Shown here piece by piece: positions 28,901 through 38,650 of a stretch of DNA of 64,000 nt. Source of the DNA: Candidatus Omnitrophota bacterium (GTDB lineage: Bacteria; Omnitrophota; Gorgyraeia; Gygaellales; Profunditerraquicolaceae). A program made the translations under genes and the position numbers. The DNA lies in NCBI GenBank assembly GCA_025453395.1, contig JALOQK010000002.1, forward strand, positions 21,625 to 85,624. The letters run 5' to 3'. Every line of letters starts with the position of its first letter. Position 1 is the first letter of the stretch. The notes below the pieces were generated by a model, which saw only the letters and a list, made by a program, of their open reading frames with translations, was not told the DNA's origin and did no database searches.

Positions 28901-30082
28901 ATGAAGAAAGTTGTATTAGCTTATTCGGGCGGTTTAGACACTTCTTGTATCGTGCGTTGGCTAAAGGATAAGGGTTATGAAGTTATTTGTTTTACCGCGG
29001 ATTTGGGCCAGGGTTTAGGCAGCGGCGAGGATTTATCGGCAATTGAAAAAAGAGCATACGCTGCCGGGGCAAGCAAGTTCTTTATTAAAGACCTGCAGGA
29101 TGAATTTGTCCGGGATTTTGTTGCTCCAGCCTTAAAGGCCAATGCCATATATGAAGGCAAATACCTTTTGGCTACCGCATTAGGCAGGCCTTTAATTGCC
29201 AAGCATCTGGTAGAGTTGGCGCATAAAGAAAAGGCTCAGGCAATCGCCCATGGCTGTACCGGCAAAGGCAACGATCAGGTCAGGCTTGAAGTTGCCGCTT
29301 CTATACTGGATCCCAAGCTTGAGATTATCGCCCCGGTGCGTGATTGGGAATTTAAATCCCGCGAAGAAGAAATAGACTACGCGCTTAAAAATAGCATTCC
29401 GATAGATGTTACCAAAAAAAAGCCTTACAGCATTGACCGCAATATTTGGGGGATCAGCATTGAGTCCGGGATATTAGAAAATTTGCAGCAGGAGCCACCG
29501 GAGGATGCGTATCTTATCACTAAGACTCAAAGCGGCGGTTCCAGCTATCCTAAATACATAGAAATTTATTTTGAAGATGGAGTGCCTAAGAAAATAGAAG
29601 GCAAAAGTTATAAATTAAAAGATCTGATCAGCCAGCTTAATGAAACCGGCGGCGCCTATGGCGTGGGCAGGTCGGATGTGATTGAAAACCGCCTTGTGGG
29701 CATTAAGTCCCGGGAAATTTATGAAGCCCCTGCTGCGACAATGCTTCATATCGCGCATCGCGAGCTGGAGTCGCTTGTTCTGGATAGAGAGTTGGCGCAT
29801 TTTAAAGAAATAATCGCTTTAAAATATTCAGAGCTTGTCTATTACGGCTTATGGTATTCTCCTTTAAAAGAGGCGCTCGATGGCTTTATTGAATCTACCC
29901 AAAAATTGGTAACCGGTTCAATAAAGTTGAAGCTTTTTAAGGGCAGCTGTGTTGCGGTAGGCAGGTCTTCTAAAAATTCTTTGTATAGAAAAGAATTAGC
30001 TACATACGGGAAAGAAGATAAGTTTGATCAAAAGTTAGCAGAAGGTTTTATTAAGATTTGGGGAATGCCGTATAAGAGATGA
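28901..30082 (+). CDS. argG: argininosuccinate synthase
   Basis: VVLAYSGGLDTS PP-loop. Confidence 0.9.
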   Translation: MKKVVLAYSGGLDTSCIVRWLKDKGYEVICFTADLGQGLGSGEDLSAIEKRAYAAGASKFFIKDLQDEFVRDFVAPALKANAIYEGKYLLATALGRPLIAKHLVELAHKEKAQAIAHGCTGKGNDQVRLEVAASILDPKLEIIAPVRDWEFKSREEEIDYALKNSIPIDVTKKKPYSIDRNIWGISIESGILENLQQEPPEDAYLITKTQSGGSSYPKYIEIYFEDGVPKKIEGKSYKLKDLISQLNETGGAYGVGRSDVIENRLVGIKSREIYEAPAATMLHIAHRELESLVLDRELAHFKEIIALKYSELVYYGLWYSPLKEALDGFIESTQKLVTGSIKLKLFKGSCVAVGRSSKNSLYRKELATYGKEDKFDQKLAEGFIKIWGMPYKR

Positions 30083-30084
30083 AA

Positions 30085-30200
30085 AAAATGGGTGAGGTTG
30101 TATAAGGTTACATGAGGTTAAATGATGTTACATGAGGTTGCAAAAAGCTTTAAAGCAACTTCATGTAACCTTCGGTAACTTCATGCAACTTTAATTAACC
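30085..30200. repeat. family B palindromic element (copy 2)
   Basis: aggttacatg aggttaaatg atgttacatg aggttgcaaaaagc ttt aaagcaactt catgtaacct tcggtaactt catgcaactt. Confidence 0.75.
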
Positions 30201-30224
30201 TTATAATTACGGAGGTTTTTATAC

Positions 30225-31577
30225 ATGGCTAAGAAATTATGGGGGGGAAGGTTTAAGAAGCAGATAGACGCTGATTTCTATAATTTCCAGAAGTCTATTC
30301 AGTATGACTATAAGCTTGCTGAATATGATATCTACCACTCCATGATCCATATCAATGCCCTGGCGCATACGGGAGTGTTAAACCCTTCTGAAGCCAAGAG
30401 ACTGCGGGCGGGATTAAGCGCGGTTCTTTCGGAGGTTAAAAGCGGCAATTTTAAATATGACCCTGCCTGCGAAGATATCCATACTTATATTCAGAATAAA
30501 CTTGAAAGCAAGGTAGGGGAAGTCGCGCTTAAAATGCACAGTTTTCGTTCCAGAAATGATCAGGTGGTTTTTGATGAAAAATATTATTGCCTTTCGCAGG
30601 GATCAAGGATATTTAAACTCTTAACAGAGTTAAAAAAGTCGTTTTTATGGCTTGCTAACGCTTATAAGTATGATTATTTTGTTGGTTATACCCATACCCA
30701 GCGGGCGCAGATCGTGAAATTTTCTGATTATCTGCTCAGCTTCCTGGAAATGTTTAATCAGGACGCAGAGAGGCTTCAGATATATCTGGATAATCTGAAG
30801 GTTTATATCGGATCAGGCGCTTTAGCCGGAAGCTTCATCAAGAAAGATGATTATCAGAAGGCGATCAAGGAGTGCGCGGATAAGATCTCACAGGACCTGC
30901 CGCTTAGGATATCATCGGCGCACAACTCTTTGAATAACGTCAGCAACCGGGATTTTATCATTGAGCTATTAAGTATCTTTGCTATTTTGCAGATGCATCT
31001 GTCGCGTTTAGCCGAGGATTTTATCCTTTATTCCACAAGAGAATTTAATTACCTGAACCTGCCCGAAGAATTTTGCACTGGCTCAAGCTTGATGCCGCAC
31101 AAGAAGAATCCAGATTTCTTAGAATTGGTACGCGGGTATACCGGTAAAGTATATGGGGATCTGTTTTCCTTATTGACTACGATGAAGGGTTTGCCGCTTA
31201 CTTATAACCGGGATATGCAGCTTGATAAAGAGCCGCTTTTTTCTTCAACGCAAGTTGTCTTGGAAGAGCTTTTGATCATGTCTAAGTTCGTCAAAAAGGT
31301 CACCTTAAACAAAGAAGCTGTTACGCGCGCGCTAGAAGATGAGACTCTTTATGCCACTGAAATCGCGGAATATTTAGTTTCTAAGGGCGTCCCCTTTAGG
31401 ACTGCGCATGAAATAGTAGGCAAGATCATCCGTTATTGCGAGGATAACAATATAAAGATACAACATTTAAGCGATGACCCTTTAAAGAATTTCTCGCAGT
31501 ATTTGAGTTCACAAAAGATCAAGAAAATCTTTGATCCGGGTTATGCCACAAGTTTAAAAAGGTCAACAAAGGATTAA
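30225..31577 (+). CDS. argH: argininosuccinate lyase
   Basis: Fumarate-lyase family signature GSSLMPHKKNPD. Confidence 0.9.
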   Translation: MAKKLWGGRFKKQIDADFYNFQKSIQYDYKLAEYDIYHSMIHINALAHTGVLNPSEAKRLRAGLSAVLSEVKSGNFKYDPACEDIHTYIQNKLESKVGEVALKMHSFRSRNDQVVFDEKYYCLSQGSRIFKLLTELKKSFLWLANAYKYDYFVGYTHTQRAQIVKFSDYLLSFLEMFNQDAERLQIYLDNLKVYIGSGALAGSFIKKDDYQKAIKECADKISQDLPLRISSAHNSLNNVSNRDFIIELLSIFAILQMHLSRLAEDFILYSTREFNYLNLPEEFCTGSSLMPHKKNPDFLELVRGYTGKVYGDLFSLLTTMKGLPLTYNRDMQLDKEPLFSSTQVVLEELLIMSKFVKKVTLNKEAVTRALEDETLYATEIAEYLVSKGVPFRTAHEIVGKIIRYCEDNNIKIQHLSDDPLKNFSQYLSSQKIKKIFDPGYATSLKRSTKD

Positions 31578-31578
31578 G

Positions 31579-32856
31579 ATGCATTATTTCCAATATAAAA
31601 ATAACCGCCTTTTTTGCGAAGACGCTGATATCCAGGAGCTGGCTGTTAAACACGGCACTCCGCTGTATCTGTACAGCTATAAGACTTTAGTCGACCACTT
31701 TGTGAAATTAACAGATGCCTTCAGTGAAATTGACGCGCTTATTTGTTATTCGGTGAAAGCAAATTCAAACTTAAGCATTCTAAAGGCGCTTGTCAAGAAA
31801 GGCGCAGGGCTTGATATAGTTTCAGGAGGAGAATTGTTCCGCGCGCTTCGTGCCGGCTGTCCCCCTGAAAGGATCGTCTATGCATCGGTGGGCAAAACCG
31901 CTCAGGAGATAAAACAGGCTTTACAGAAAGGTATTTTATTCTTTAATGTGGAATCTATCCCGGAGCTTGAGAATATTAACCGCATAGCAGGTAATTTAAA
32001 TAAAACTGCCCGGGTAGCTCTGCGTATCAATCCCGACGTTGAAGCCAAGACCCATAAATACATTACTACCGGAAAACTTACCAATAAATTCGGTATTGAC
32101 CTTGAAAGCGCGCGCAGGATATTCGGCAGGTCAGCTGAATTTCCTAATCTGCGCATTTGCGGTATTCACATCCACATCGGCTCTCAAATCACTCAAAGCG
32201 CTCCGTTTGTGGCGGCGATAAGGAAAATAGCAGTGTTTATCGATTCCTTGAAGAAAGACGGCATTTGTCTGCAGTATTTGAACATTGGAGGGGGTTTAGG
32301 CATTGTTTATAATAAAGAAACTCCGCAGACAGCCGCTATATACGCTAGCAAGGTTATGGGTTTGCTTAAGAAGACAGGTTTGAAGATTATTCTGGAGCCG
32401 GGAAGGTTTATCGTCGGTAATAGCGGGATATTATTGGCAAAGGTTTTGTATGTCAAAAAAACATTTAAGAAGAATTTTATTATTGTGGATGCGGCAATGA
32501 ATGACTTGATAAGGCCGGCCCTTTATGAAGCGTATCACGAAATCCTGCCGTTGGTAAGATTTCAAGGTGGAAAGCCAAAAGCCAAAAGTCAAAAGTTTGA
32601 TGTGGTCGGCCCTATTTGCGAGAGCGGGGATTATTTTGCCAAAGGCCGCCTATTGCCACAAATTAAAGAGGGCGATTATTTGGCGATTATGAGCGCCGGC
32701 GCCTATGGTTTTAGCATGTCCAGCAATTATAATTCCCGCTGCCGCGCCCAAGAAGTAATGGTAGTCGGCAAAAAAGATTTTGTGATTAGAAATAGAGAGA
32801 TTCGCGAGGATCTAATACGTAACGAGAAAATCCCGCAGTTCTTAAGGCGAAAATGA
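31579..32856 (+). CDS. lysA: diaminopimelate decarboxylase
   Basis: Fold-III PLP decarboxylase (..YSVKAN.., ..HIHIGSQ.., ..GPICESGD..). Carries an in-frame heptamer insert at 32571..32598 (KPKAKSQK). Confidence 0.85.
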   Translation: MHYFQYKNNRLFCEDADIQELAVKHGTPLYLYSYKTLVDHFVKLTDAFSEIDALICYSVKANSNLSILKALVKKGAGLDIVSGGELFRALRAGCPPERIVYASVGKTAQEIKQALQKGILFFNVESIPELENINRIAGNLNKTARVALRINPDVEAKTHKYITTGKLTNKFGIDLESARRIFGRSAEFPNLRICGIHIHIGSQITQSAPFVAAIRKIAVFIDSLKKDGICLQYLNIGGGLGIVYNKETPQTAAIYASKVMGLLKKTGLKIILEPGRFIVGNSGILLAKVLYVKKTFKKNFIIVDAAMNDLIRPALYEAYHEILPLVRFQGGKPKAKSQKFDVVGPICESGDYFAKGRLLPQIKEGDYLAIMSAGAYGFSMSSNYNSRCRAQEVMVVGKKDFVIRNREIREDLIRNEKIPQFLRRK

Positions 32857-33689
32857 GAAAAATAAAATTTACAAAAATGGTCGCATCTGGTAATGATTTT
32901 GTCGTTGTTGATAAGCTTAAAGCTTATAGCTTAAAGCTTAAAGCTTTTTCTAAATCTATTTGTGACAGAAAATATGGAGCTGGGGCTGATGGGCTGCTAA
33001 TTTTGTCACAGCTTGTATTATCTCATGGCAAGCGTTCCGCTTCCTGCGGTATGCGTATTTTTAATGCCGATGGCTCTGAAGCCCAGATGTGCGGCAATGG
33101 GGCTAGGTGCGCGGCGTTGTATTTCAGCTGTCAGCTGTCAGCTGTCAGCTGTCAGCAAAAGATAAAAATAGAAACCAAAGCAGGGGATATACATTCTTTA
33201 GTAAACGGTAATAATGTAAAGATTAAATTAACTGATCCCAAAGGTTTAAGATTAAACATTCCAATTAAGCTTAATGGCAGAACGCTTAAGGTTAATTTTA
33301 TTAATACCGGGGTCCCGCATGCGGTTATTTTTGTGGAGGGCCTTGATAAAATTGACGTGGATAATTTAGGCAGAGCTATTCGTTATCATCAGGTTTTCAA
33401 GCCGCAAGGCGCGAATGTAAATTTTGTGGAAGTTTTGAATAATACTTCTATCAGGATAAGGACTTATGAAAGAGGCGTAGAGGGCGAAACTTTAGCCTGC
33501 GGTACCGGCTCTGTTGCTTCGGGTTTGCTTACCGCTTACAACTTACCGCTTACAGCTAATATTATAAATGTCCACACCCGGGGCGGCCAGATATTAAAAG
33601 TTGATTTTCAAAAATCAGGCGATGGTTTCAAGGATGTCTGGTTAGAGGGCAAAGCAAAAATTGTATACCAAGGAGAATACTATGTTTAG
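32853..33689 (+). CDS. dapF: diaminopimelate epimerase
   Basis: ..ASGNDFVVVD.. N-terminus, GNGARC catalytic Cys motif, second Cys in ..LACGTGS... Contains two internal heptamer repeat arrays. Confidence 0.85.
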   Translation: MRKIKFTKMVASGNDFVVVDKLKAYSLKLKAFSKSICDRKYGAGADGLLILSQLVLSHGKRSASCGMRIFNADGSEAQMCGNGARCAALYFSCQLSAVSCQQKIKIETKAGDIHSLVNGNNVKIKLTDPKGLRLNIPIKLNGRTLKVNFINTGVPHAVIFVEGLDKIDVDNLGRAIRYHQVFKPQGANVNFVEVLNNTSIRIRTYERGVEGETLACGTGSVASGLLTAYNLPLTANIINVHTRGGQILKVDFQKSGDGFKDVWLEGKAKIVYQGEYYV

Positions 33690-34557
33690 AGGATCAATTG
33701 TGGCTATGGTCACGCCATTTAAAGACGAAAAAATTGACGAGAAGAGATTCAGAAGTTTAATTGATTTTCAGATTGAAAACGGCACTTCCGGCATCGTCCC
33801 CTGCGGCACTACAGGTGAATCCGCGACATTGTCGGTTAAAGAGCACCAGCGTTTGATTGAATTGGCCATAGAGCAGGTGAATAAGCGCGTGCCGGTAATT
33901 GCCGGTACAGGTTCCAACTCTACGGATGAGGCGATCACTTTAACGAAGCACGCTTTTCATGCGGGCGCAGATGCTTCTTTGCAGGTAGCTCCGTATTATA
34001 ACCGCCCTACCCAGACCGGGTTATACCAGCATTTTAAGAAAATAGCCCAAGCAGTAGATATCCCGATCATTGTTTATAATATTGCTTCCCGCACAGGGGT
34101 TAATATCGAGCCGGAAACTATCGCGAAGCTGGCCTCTGAATGTAAGAATATTGTAGGAGTGAAAGAGGCATCCGGAAATCTTGAGCAGATGTCTCGTATC
34201 TTAAGTCTTACTCCAGCAGGATTTATTCTTCTTTCAGGAGATGATGCGCTCACACTTCCTGTTTTAAGCATCGCAGGAGCAGGGGTAATTTCTGTGGTGG
34301 CTAATATTGTTCCAAAAGATGTTTCCAGGCTGGTAAATGTCTTTGAAGATGGCGACATCCAAAAGGCGCAAGATATGCATTACAAACTTTTTCCGCTTGT
34401 CAAAGCTATGTTTATTGAAACAAATCCTATACCGGTTAAAACCGCGATGGGCCTGTTAAAGATGTGTTCACCGGAACTTCGTCTTCCGATGTCAGAAATG
34501 CTTCCTGACAATGTAGAGAAACTTAAGAAGGCGTTGAAAAATTACGGGTTATTATAA
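33682..34557 (+). CDS. dapA: 4-hydroxy-tetrahydrodipicolinate synthase
   Basis: MFRGSIVAMVTPF .. GTTGES; Schiff-base Lys in GVKEASGN. Start chosen at MFRG (aggaga ribosome-binding site 6 nt upstream). Confidence 0.85.
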   Translation: MFRGSIVAMVTPFKDEKIDEKRFRSLIDFQIENGTSGIVPCGTTGESATLSVKEHQRLIELAIEQVNKRVPVIAGTGSNSTDEAITLTKHAFHAGADASLQVAPYYNRPTQTGLYQHFKKIAQAVDIPIIVYNIASRTGVNIEPETIAKLASECKNIVGVKEASGNLEQMSRILSLTPAGFILLSGDDALTLPVLSIAGAGVISVVANIVPKDVSRLVNVFEDGDIQKAQDMHYKLFPLVKAMFIETNPIPVKTAMGLLKMCSPELRLPMSEMLPDNVEKLKKALKNYGLL

Positions 34558-34660
34558 AGGAAGTTAAATAAGGTTACATGAAGTTACCGTAGGTTAAATT
34601 AGGTTGCTTAAAAGCTTTTTGCAACTTCATTTAACATCATTTAACCTCAATTAACCTTAA
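34558..34660. repeat. family B palindromic element (copy 3)
   Basis: aagttaaata aggttacatg aagttaccgt aggttaaatt aggttgcttaaaagctttttgcaa cttcatttaa catcatttaa cctcaattaa. Confidence 0.75.
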
Positions 34661-34674
34661 ATGGAGGAGTTTTT

Positions 34675-35385
34675 ATGATAAAGCTTGGTATATCAGGCGC
34701 CTGCGGAAAAATGGGCAGGCGTATCTATGAGTTAGCTGCGCACGATAAAGATATAGAGGTGACGCTTTTATTGGAGAAAAAAGGCACTCCTCTGATCGGA
34801 AGGGAAGTAGGGAAACTGAAGGTTTCTTCTAATTCGGACGGGATATTCTTGATTGATGTCTTGGTTGATTTTACTTTGCCTGAATCTATAGAGGCAACCC
34901 TTGATTATGTGGCGCGTTATAAAAAGGCGCTTGTTTTAGGCACTACCGGATTAAGCCAAGAGCAGATTAAGAAAGTGGAAGAAGTTTCTGCTGTAGTGCC
35001 GGTTGTTTTTACTCCTAATATGTCTATCGGAGTAAATGTTTTGTTTTCTATTCTCCCAGAAATTGCCAAACGCTTGGGCAAAGATTATGATATTGAAGTT
35101 GTGGAGGCGCATCATAAGTTTAAGAAAGACGCCCCCTCGGGGACGGCCAAGAAAATAGTCTCGATCTTAGAAGAGTCAACCGGGAAGAAAATCCCCGCGC
35201 ATGCTGTACGTTTGGGAGACATCGTTGGAGACCATACCATTATTTTCTGCGGAAATTCCGAACGCATTGAAATCAAACATCAGGCGCATACACGGGATTT
35301 ATTTGCCGTAGGTGCGGTAAAAGCCGCCAAGTGGGTTGCCGGAAAGCCTGCCGGGCTATATACAATGCAGGACGTATTAAAGTAA
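34675..35385 (+). CDS. dapB: 4-hydroxy-tetrahydrodipicolinate reductase
   Basis: LGISGACGKMGRR N-terminus and ..EVVEAHHKFKKDAPSGTA.. motif. Confidence 0.85.
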   Translation: MIKLGISGACGKMGRRIYELAAHDKDIEVTLLLEKKGTPLIGREVGKLKVSSNSDGIFLIDVLVDFTLPESIEATLDYVARYKKALVLGTTGLSQEQIKKVEEVSAVVPVVFTPNMSIGVNVLFSILPEIAKRLGKDYDIEVVEAHHKFKKDAPSGTAKKIVSILEESTGKKIPAHAVRLGDIVGDHTIIFCGNSERIEIKHQAHTRDLFAVGAVKAAKWVAGKPAGLYTMQDVLK

Positions 35386-35404
35386 GGGGCAAAAAAGGAG
35401 ATAA

Positions 35405-36565
35405 ATGTTTAAGCTTTCTAAGAAAATTACCAGTTTGCCGCCGTATTTGTTCGTGGAAATTGATAAGGCCAAAAGAAAGGCGCGCGCTGAAGGAAGAGAT
35501 ATTATTGATTTAGGAATTGGCGACCCGGACCAGCCGACCCCCGCGCATGTAATTGAGAGGTTATATCAGGCGGCAAAAGACCCGGCCAATCACCGTTATG
35601 CCTTGGACCAGGGGATGCCTTCTTTGCGTCAAGCCATGTCCAAATGGTATCATAAAAGGTTTAATGTTGTTTTAGACCCGGATACCGAAATACTCCCCCT
35701 CATCGGCTCTAAAGAAGGGATCGCGCACTTCCCGCTGGCATTTTTAAATCCCGGCGACTATTCTTTGATTCCTGATCCTTGCTATCCTCCGTATAAGGGG
35801 GGTACTATTTTAGCTGGGGGCAAGCCGTATTTAATGCCGCTGTTGGAGACGAATAACTTTTTGCCGGATTTAAATAAAATAAGCCGCGCAGTGCTTAAGA
35901 AATCCCGCATAATCTACGTTAATTATCCTAATAACCCCACAGCTAGTATTGCCGGAAAAGAATTTTATCTTAAACTTATAAAGTTCGCCCACAAACATAA
36001 ACTTATCATTGTTTCTGATCTGGCTTATTCAGAAATGGTCTATGATAATTACCGTCCACCAAGCATTCTGGAATTTGACGGCTCAAGGGATGTGGCTATT
36101 GAATTTCATTCTTTATCTAAGACTTACAATATGACTGGATGGCGGGTGGCTTGGGCATGCGGTAATAAGGAATTGATCGCTGGCCTTGCTAAAGTTAAGT
36201 CAAATATTGATTCTGGGATATTCTCTGCTGTGCAAGTAGCAGCCTTATCCGCACTTGAGGGCTCTGATGAGCATGTACTTAAGATGTGTCAGATGTATCA
36301 AAACCGCCGCGATGCTTTAGTTATGGGGTTAAATACATTAGGTTGGAATGTTAAGCCGCAGAAAGCCACTTTTTATTCTTGGATAAAAATCCCCGGTAAA
36401 AAAAGTTCTATAGATTTTGCCGCCAAGATCTTAAAGGAAGCAGATATTATTGTTACCCCGGGAGTTGGTTTTGGGCAGGCTGGCGAAGGCTACATCCGTA
36501 TTGCTTTAACTGTTCCTGTAGATAGAATAAAAGAAGCAGTTAATCGTTTAGCTAAAGTGATTTAA
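35405..36565 (+). CDS. dapL: LL-diaminopimelate aminotransferase candidate (class I aminotransferase)
   Basis: LPPYLFVEIDKAK .. IDLGIGDPDQPTP N-terminal pattern typical of DapL; PLP-Lys in SLSKTYNMTGWR. Sits in the dap gene context. Confidence 0.65.
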   Translation: MFKLSKKITSLPPYLFVEIDKAKRKARAEGRDIIDLGIGDPDQPTPAHVIERLYQAAKDPANHRYALDQGMPSLRQAMSKWYHKRFNVVLDPDTEILPLIGSKEGIAHFPLAFLNPGDYSLIPDPCYPPYKGGTILAGGKPYLMPLLETNNFLPDLNKISRAVLKKSRIIYVNYPNNPTASIAGKEFYLKLIKFAHKHKLIIVSDLAYSEMVYDNYRPPSILEFDGSRDVAIEFHSLSKTYNMTGWRVAWACGNKELIAGLAKVKSNIDSGIFSAVQVAALSALEGSDEHVLKMCQMYQNRRDALVMGLNTLGWNVKPQKATFYSWIKIPGKKSSIDFAAKILKEADIIVTPGVGFGQAGEGYIRIALTVPVDRIKEAVNRLAKVI

Positions 36566-36578
36566 ATTCTTTAAAATT

Positions 36579-36980
36579 ATGGTTACTTGTTATTTGGGCT
36601 TAGGCGCGAACCTTGGCAACAGACACAGCGCAATTAGAAATGCGGTCACCGAGATTTCCCGCATTCCAAAAACGCGCGTCTTGAAGTTGTCACATCTTAT
36701 CAAGACTAAAGCATTGGGCGGGCCAAAAGACCAGCCGGATTTCTTAAACGCTGCTTTAAAGATCAAGACCGCACTTACACCCTTAGAGTTGTTGGATAAT
36801 CTAAAAACAATAGAAAAGAAATTAGGCAGAAAAAAGACTGTGCGCTGGGGGCCGCGCGCAATTGATCTGGATATTCTTTTTTATTCAAATCGGGTAGTCA
36901 ATAATAAAAGGCTTAAAGTCCCGCATCCCAGGGTGTTTGAGCGGTTGTTTGTTTTAAAACCGCTTATTGAGGTTATTTAA
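36579..36980 (+). CDS. folK: 2-amino-4-hydroxy-6-hydroxymethyldihydropteridine pyrophosphokinase
   Basis: YLGLGANLGN .. RWGPRAIDLDIL. Confidence 0.8.
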   Translation: MVTCYLGLGANLGNRHSAIRNAVTEISRIPKTRVLKLSHLIKTKALGGPKDQPDFLNAALKIKTALTPLELLDNLKTIEKKLGRKKTVRWGPRAIDLDILFYSNRVVNNKRLKVPHPRVFERLFVLKPLIEVI

Positions 36981-36983
36981 GTT

Positions 36984-37826
36984 ATGCTTATTGCAAAAAA
37001 TATCCGGCAGGCCAGGAAGTTTCTGAATAAGTACAGGCTTCTTAGGAAATCTGTGGGTTTTGTACCGACCATGGGAGCTTTACATCAGGGGCATTCCAGC
37101 CTTATTAGGCTTGCCCGCAAAGAAAACGATATAGTGGCAGTAAGTATCTTTGTTAATCCTGCGCAATTTGCGCCTCATGAAGACTTAAAGAAATACCCGC
37201 GCGATCTTAACTCTGACGCGCGAGTCTGCGCCAAAGAAAAGGTGGATCTTATTTTTTATCCCCGCCCTGAAGAAATGTATCCTAAAGGTTATAAAACATT
37301 TGTTAAGGTGGAGGGGTTATCAGAAGTCCTTTGCGGGAAATTCCGCCCCGGGCATTTCCGCGGCGTCTCAACGGTAGTCTTGAAACTTTTTAACATTATC
37401 CTTCCGGATAAAGCCTATTTTGGGCAGAAAGACGCTCAACAGGCGGCAATAATTAAAAAGATGGCGGAAGACCTAAATGTCCCGACACAGATAAAAATTG
37501 TCCCGACAGTAAGAAGCGAAGATGGCTTGGCGTTAAGTTCCCGCAACAATTATTTATCTGGCAGGGAAAAAGAAAAAGCCCTTATTTTATGCTCAAGCCT
37601 TTCTTTGGCCAGAGAAATGGTTAAATCTGGCGTGCGCGATGCGAAAACGATCATAGGCCAAATGCGCAAATTGATTGTCCGGGTAAAAGAAGCGAAAATA
37701 GATTATGTGGCCATTGTTGATCCGGCGACTTTGCAGGATGTCCTGTTTGTTAAAAAAGGCGATTTGGTCTGTTTGGCGGTTTGGATCGGGAAGACGCGTT
37801 TGATTGATAACCTATTGGTGGATTAA
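36984..37826 (+). CDS. panC: pantoate--beta-alanine ligase
   Basis: VPTMGALHQGHSSLI HIGH-type motif; ..GQKDAQQ... Confidence 0.85.
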   Translation: MLIAKNIRQARKFLNKYRLLRKSVGFVPTMGALHQGHSSLIRLARKENDIVAVSIFVNPAQFAPHEDLKKYPRDLNSDARVCAKEKVDLIFYPRPEEMYPKGYKTFVKVEGLSEVLCGKFRPGHFRGVSTVVLKLFNIILPDKAYFGQKDAQQAAIIKKMAEDLNVPTQIKIVPTVRSEDGLALSSRNNYLSGREKEKALILCSSLSLAREMVKSGVRDAKTIIGQMRKLIVRVKEAKIDYVAIVDPATLQDVLFVKKGDLVCLAVWIGKTRLIDNLLVD

Positions 37827-38650
37827 TGCGAAAGAAAATAAGGATCGGGATTGTCGGATGCGGAGCGATCGGCTCTTCTTTGGCAAAAGCTATAACTAAA
37901 GAATTTTCTGCAGATGCTTACGTGTCGGCATTGTTTGACACTCAGCCCGATAAGGCGCAGCTTTTATCTGTGGCGCTTCGCAAAGATATTTCTTTGGCAG
38001 TTTCTTCCCTTAAAGACCTGATCAGCTTCTCTGATTTTATAATAGAATCTTCAAGCGCTCAGGCCTCAGGCGGAATCTGCCGTCAGGCTGTCAATAACGG
38101 CAAGGATATATTGGTGATGAGTGTGGGAGGGCTTCTGAAGAGTTATCCGCGGATATTTAATTTAGCTAAAAAGAAAAAGGTGAAAGTCTATATCCCAAGC
38201 GGAGCTATCGGCGGGGTTGATGCCTTAAAGGCCCTGAATCTGTCAGATGTCAAAAAGGTCACGCTTACTACCACTAAAAACCCTATCGCTTTTAAGAAAG
38301 TGGAATATTTGATTAAGAAGCGCATTGTGCTTTCCGAAATTAAGAGTAAAAAAGTTTTATTTTACGGAAACGCTTTAAGGGCAGTGCGTTGTTTTCCGCA
38401 GAATATCAATGTGGCGGCTGTTTTATCATTAGTTGGAATAGGCGCGAAGCAAACAAAAGTAAAGATCGTTGCTTCTCCAAAGGTTAACAAGAACATACAT
38501 GAAGTGCAAATAATTTCCCGGGCCGGTAATTTTTATAGCCGTTCGGAGAATGTATTGCATCCGGGCAACCCAAAGACCAGCTACTTGGCTTTTTTATCGG
38601 CAAAGGCGCTGTTGCGCGATATTTTTCTGCCGGTTAAAATAGGCACATAA
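37826..38650 (+). CDS. nadX: L-aspartate dehydrogenase candidate
   Basis: IGIVGCGAIGSSLAKAI Rossmann N-terminus, ~270 aa, C-terminal ..HPGNPKTSYLAFLSA... A family-level guess only. Confidence 0.5.
   Translation: MRKKIRIGIVGCGAIGSSLAKAITKEFSADAYVSALFDTQPDKAQLLSVALRKDISLAVSSLKDLISFSDFIIESSSAQASGGICRQAVNNGKDILVMSVGGLLKSYPRIFNLAKKKKVKVYIPSGAIGGVDALKALNLSDVKKVTLTTTKNPIAFKKVEYLIKKRIVLSEIKSKKVLFYGNALRAVRCFPQNINVAAVLSLVGIGAKQTKVKIVASPKVNKNIHEVQIISRAGNFYSRSENVLHPGNPKTSYLAFLSAKALLRDIFLPVKIGT

Noticed and set aside
35331-35513. 60-aa ORF bridging the dapB end and the dapL start
   Set aside because: It overlaps two well-supported genes in a different frame, with no independent support.
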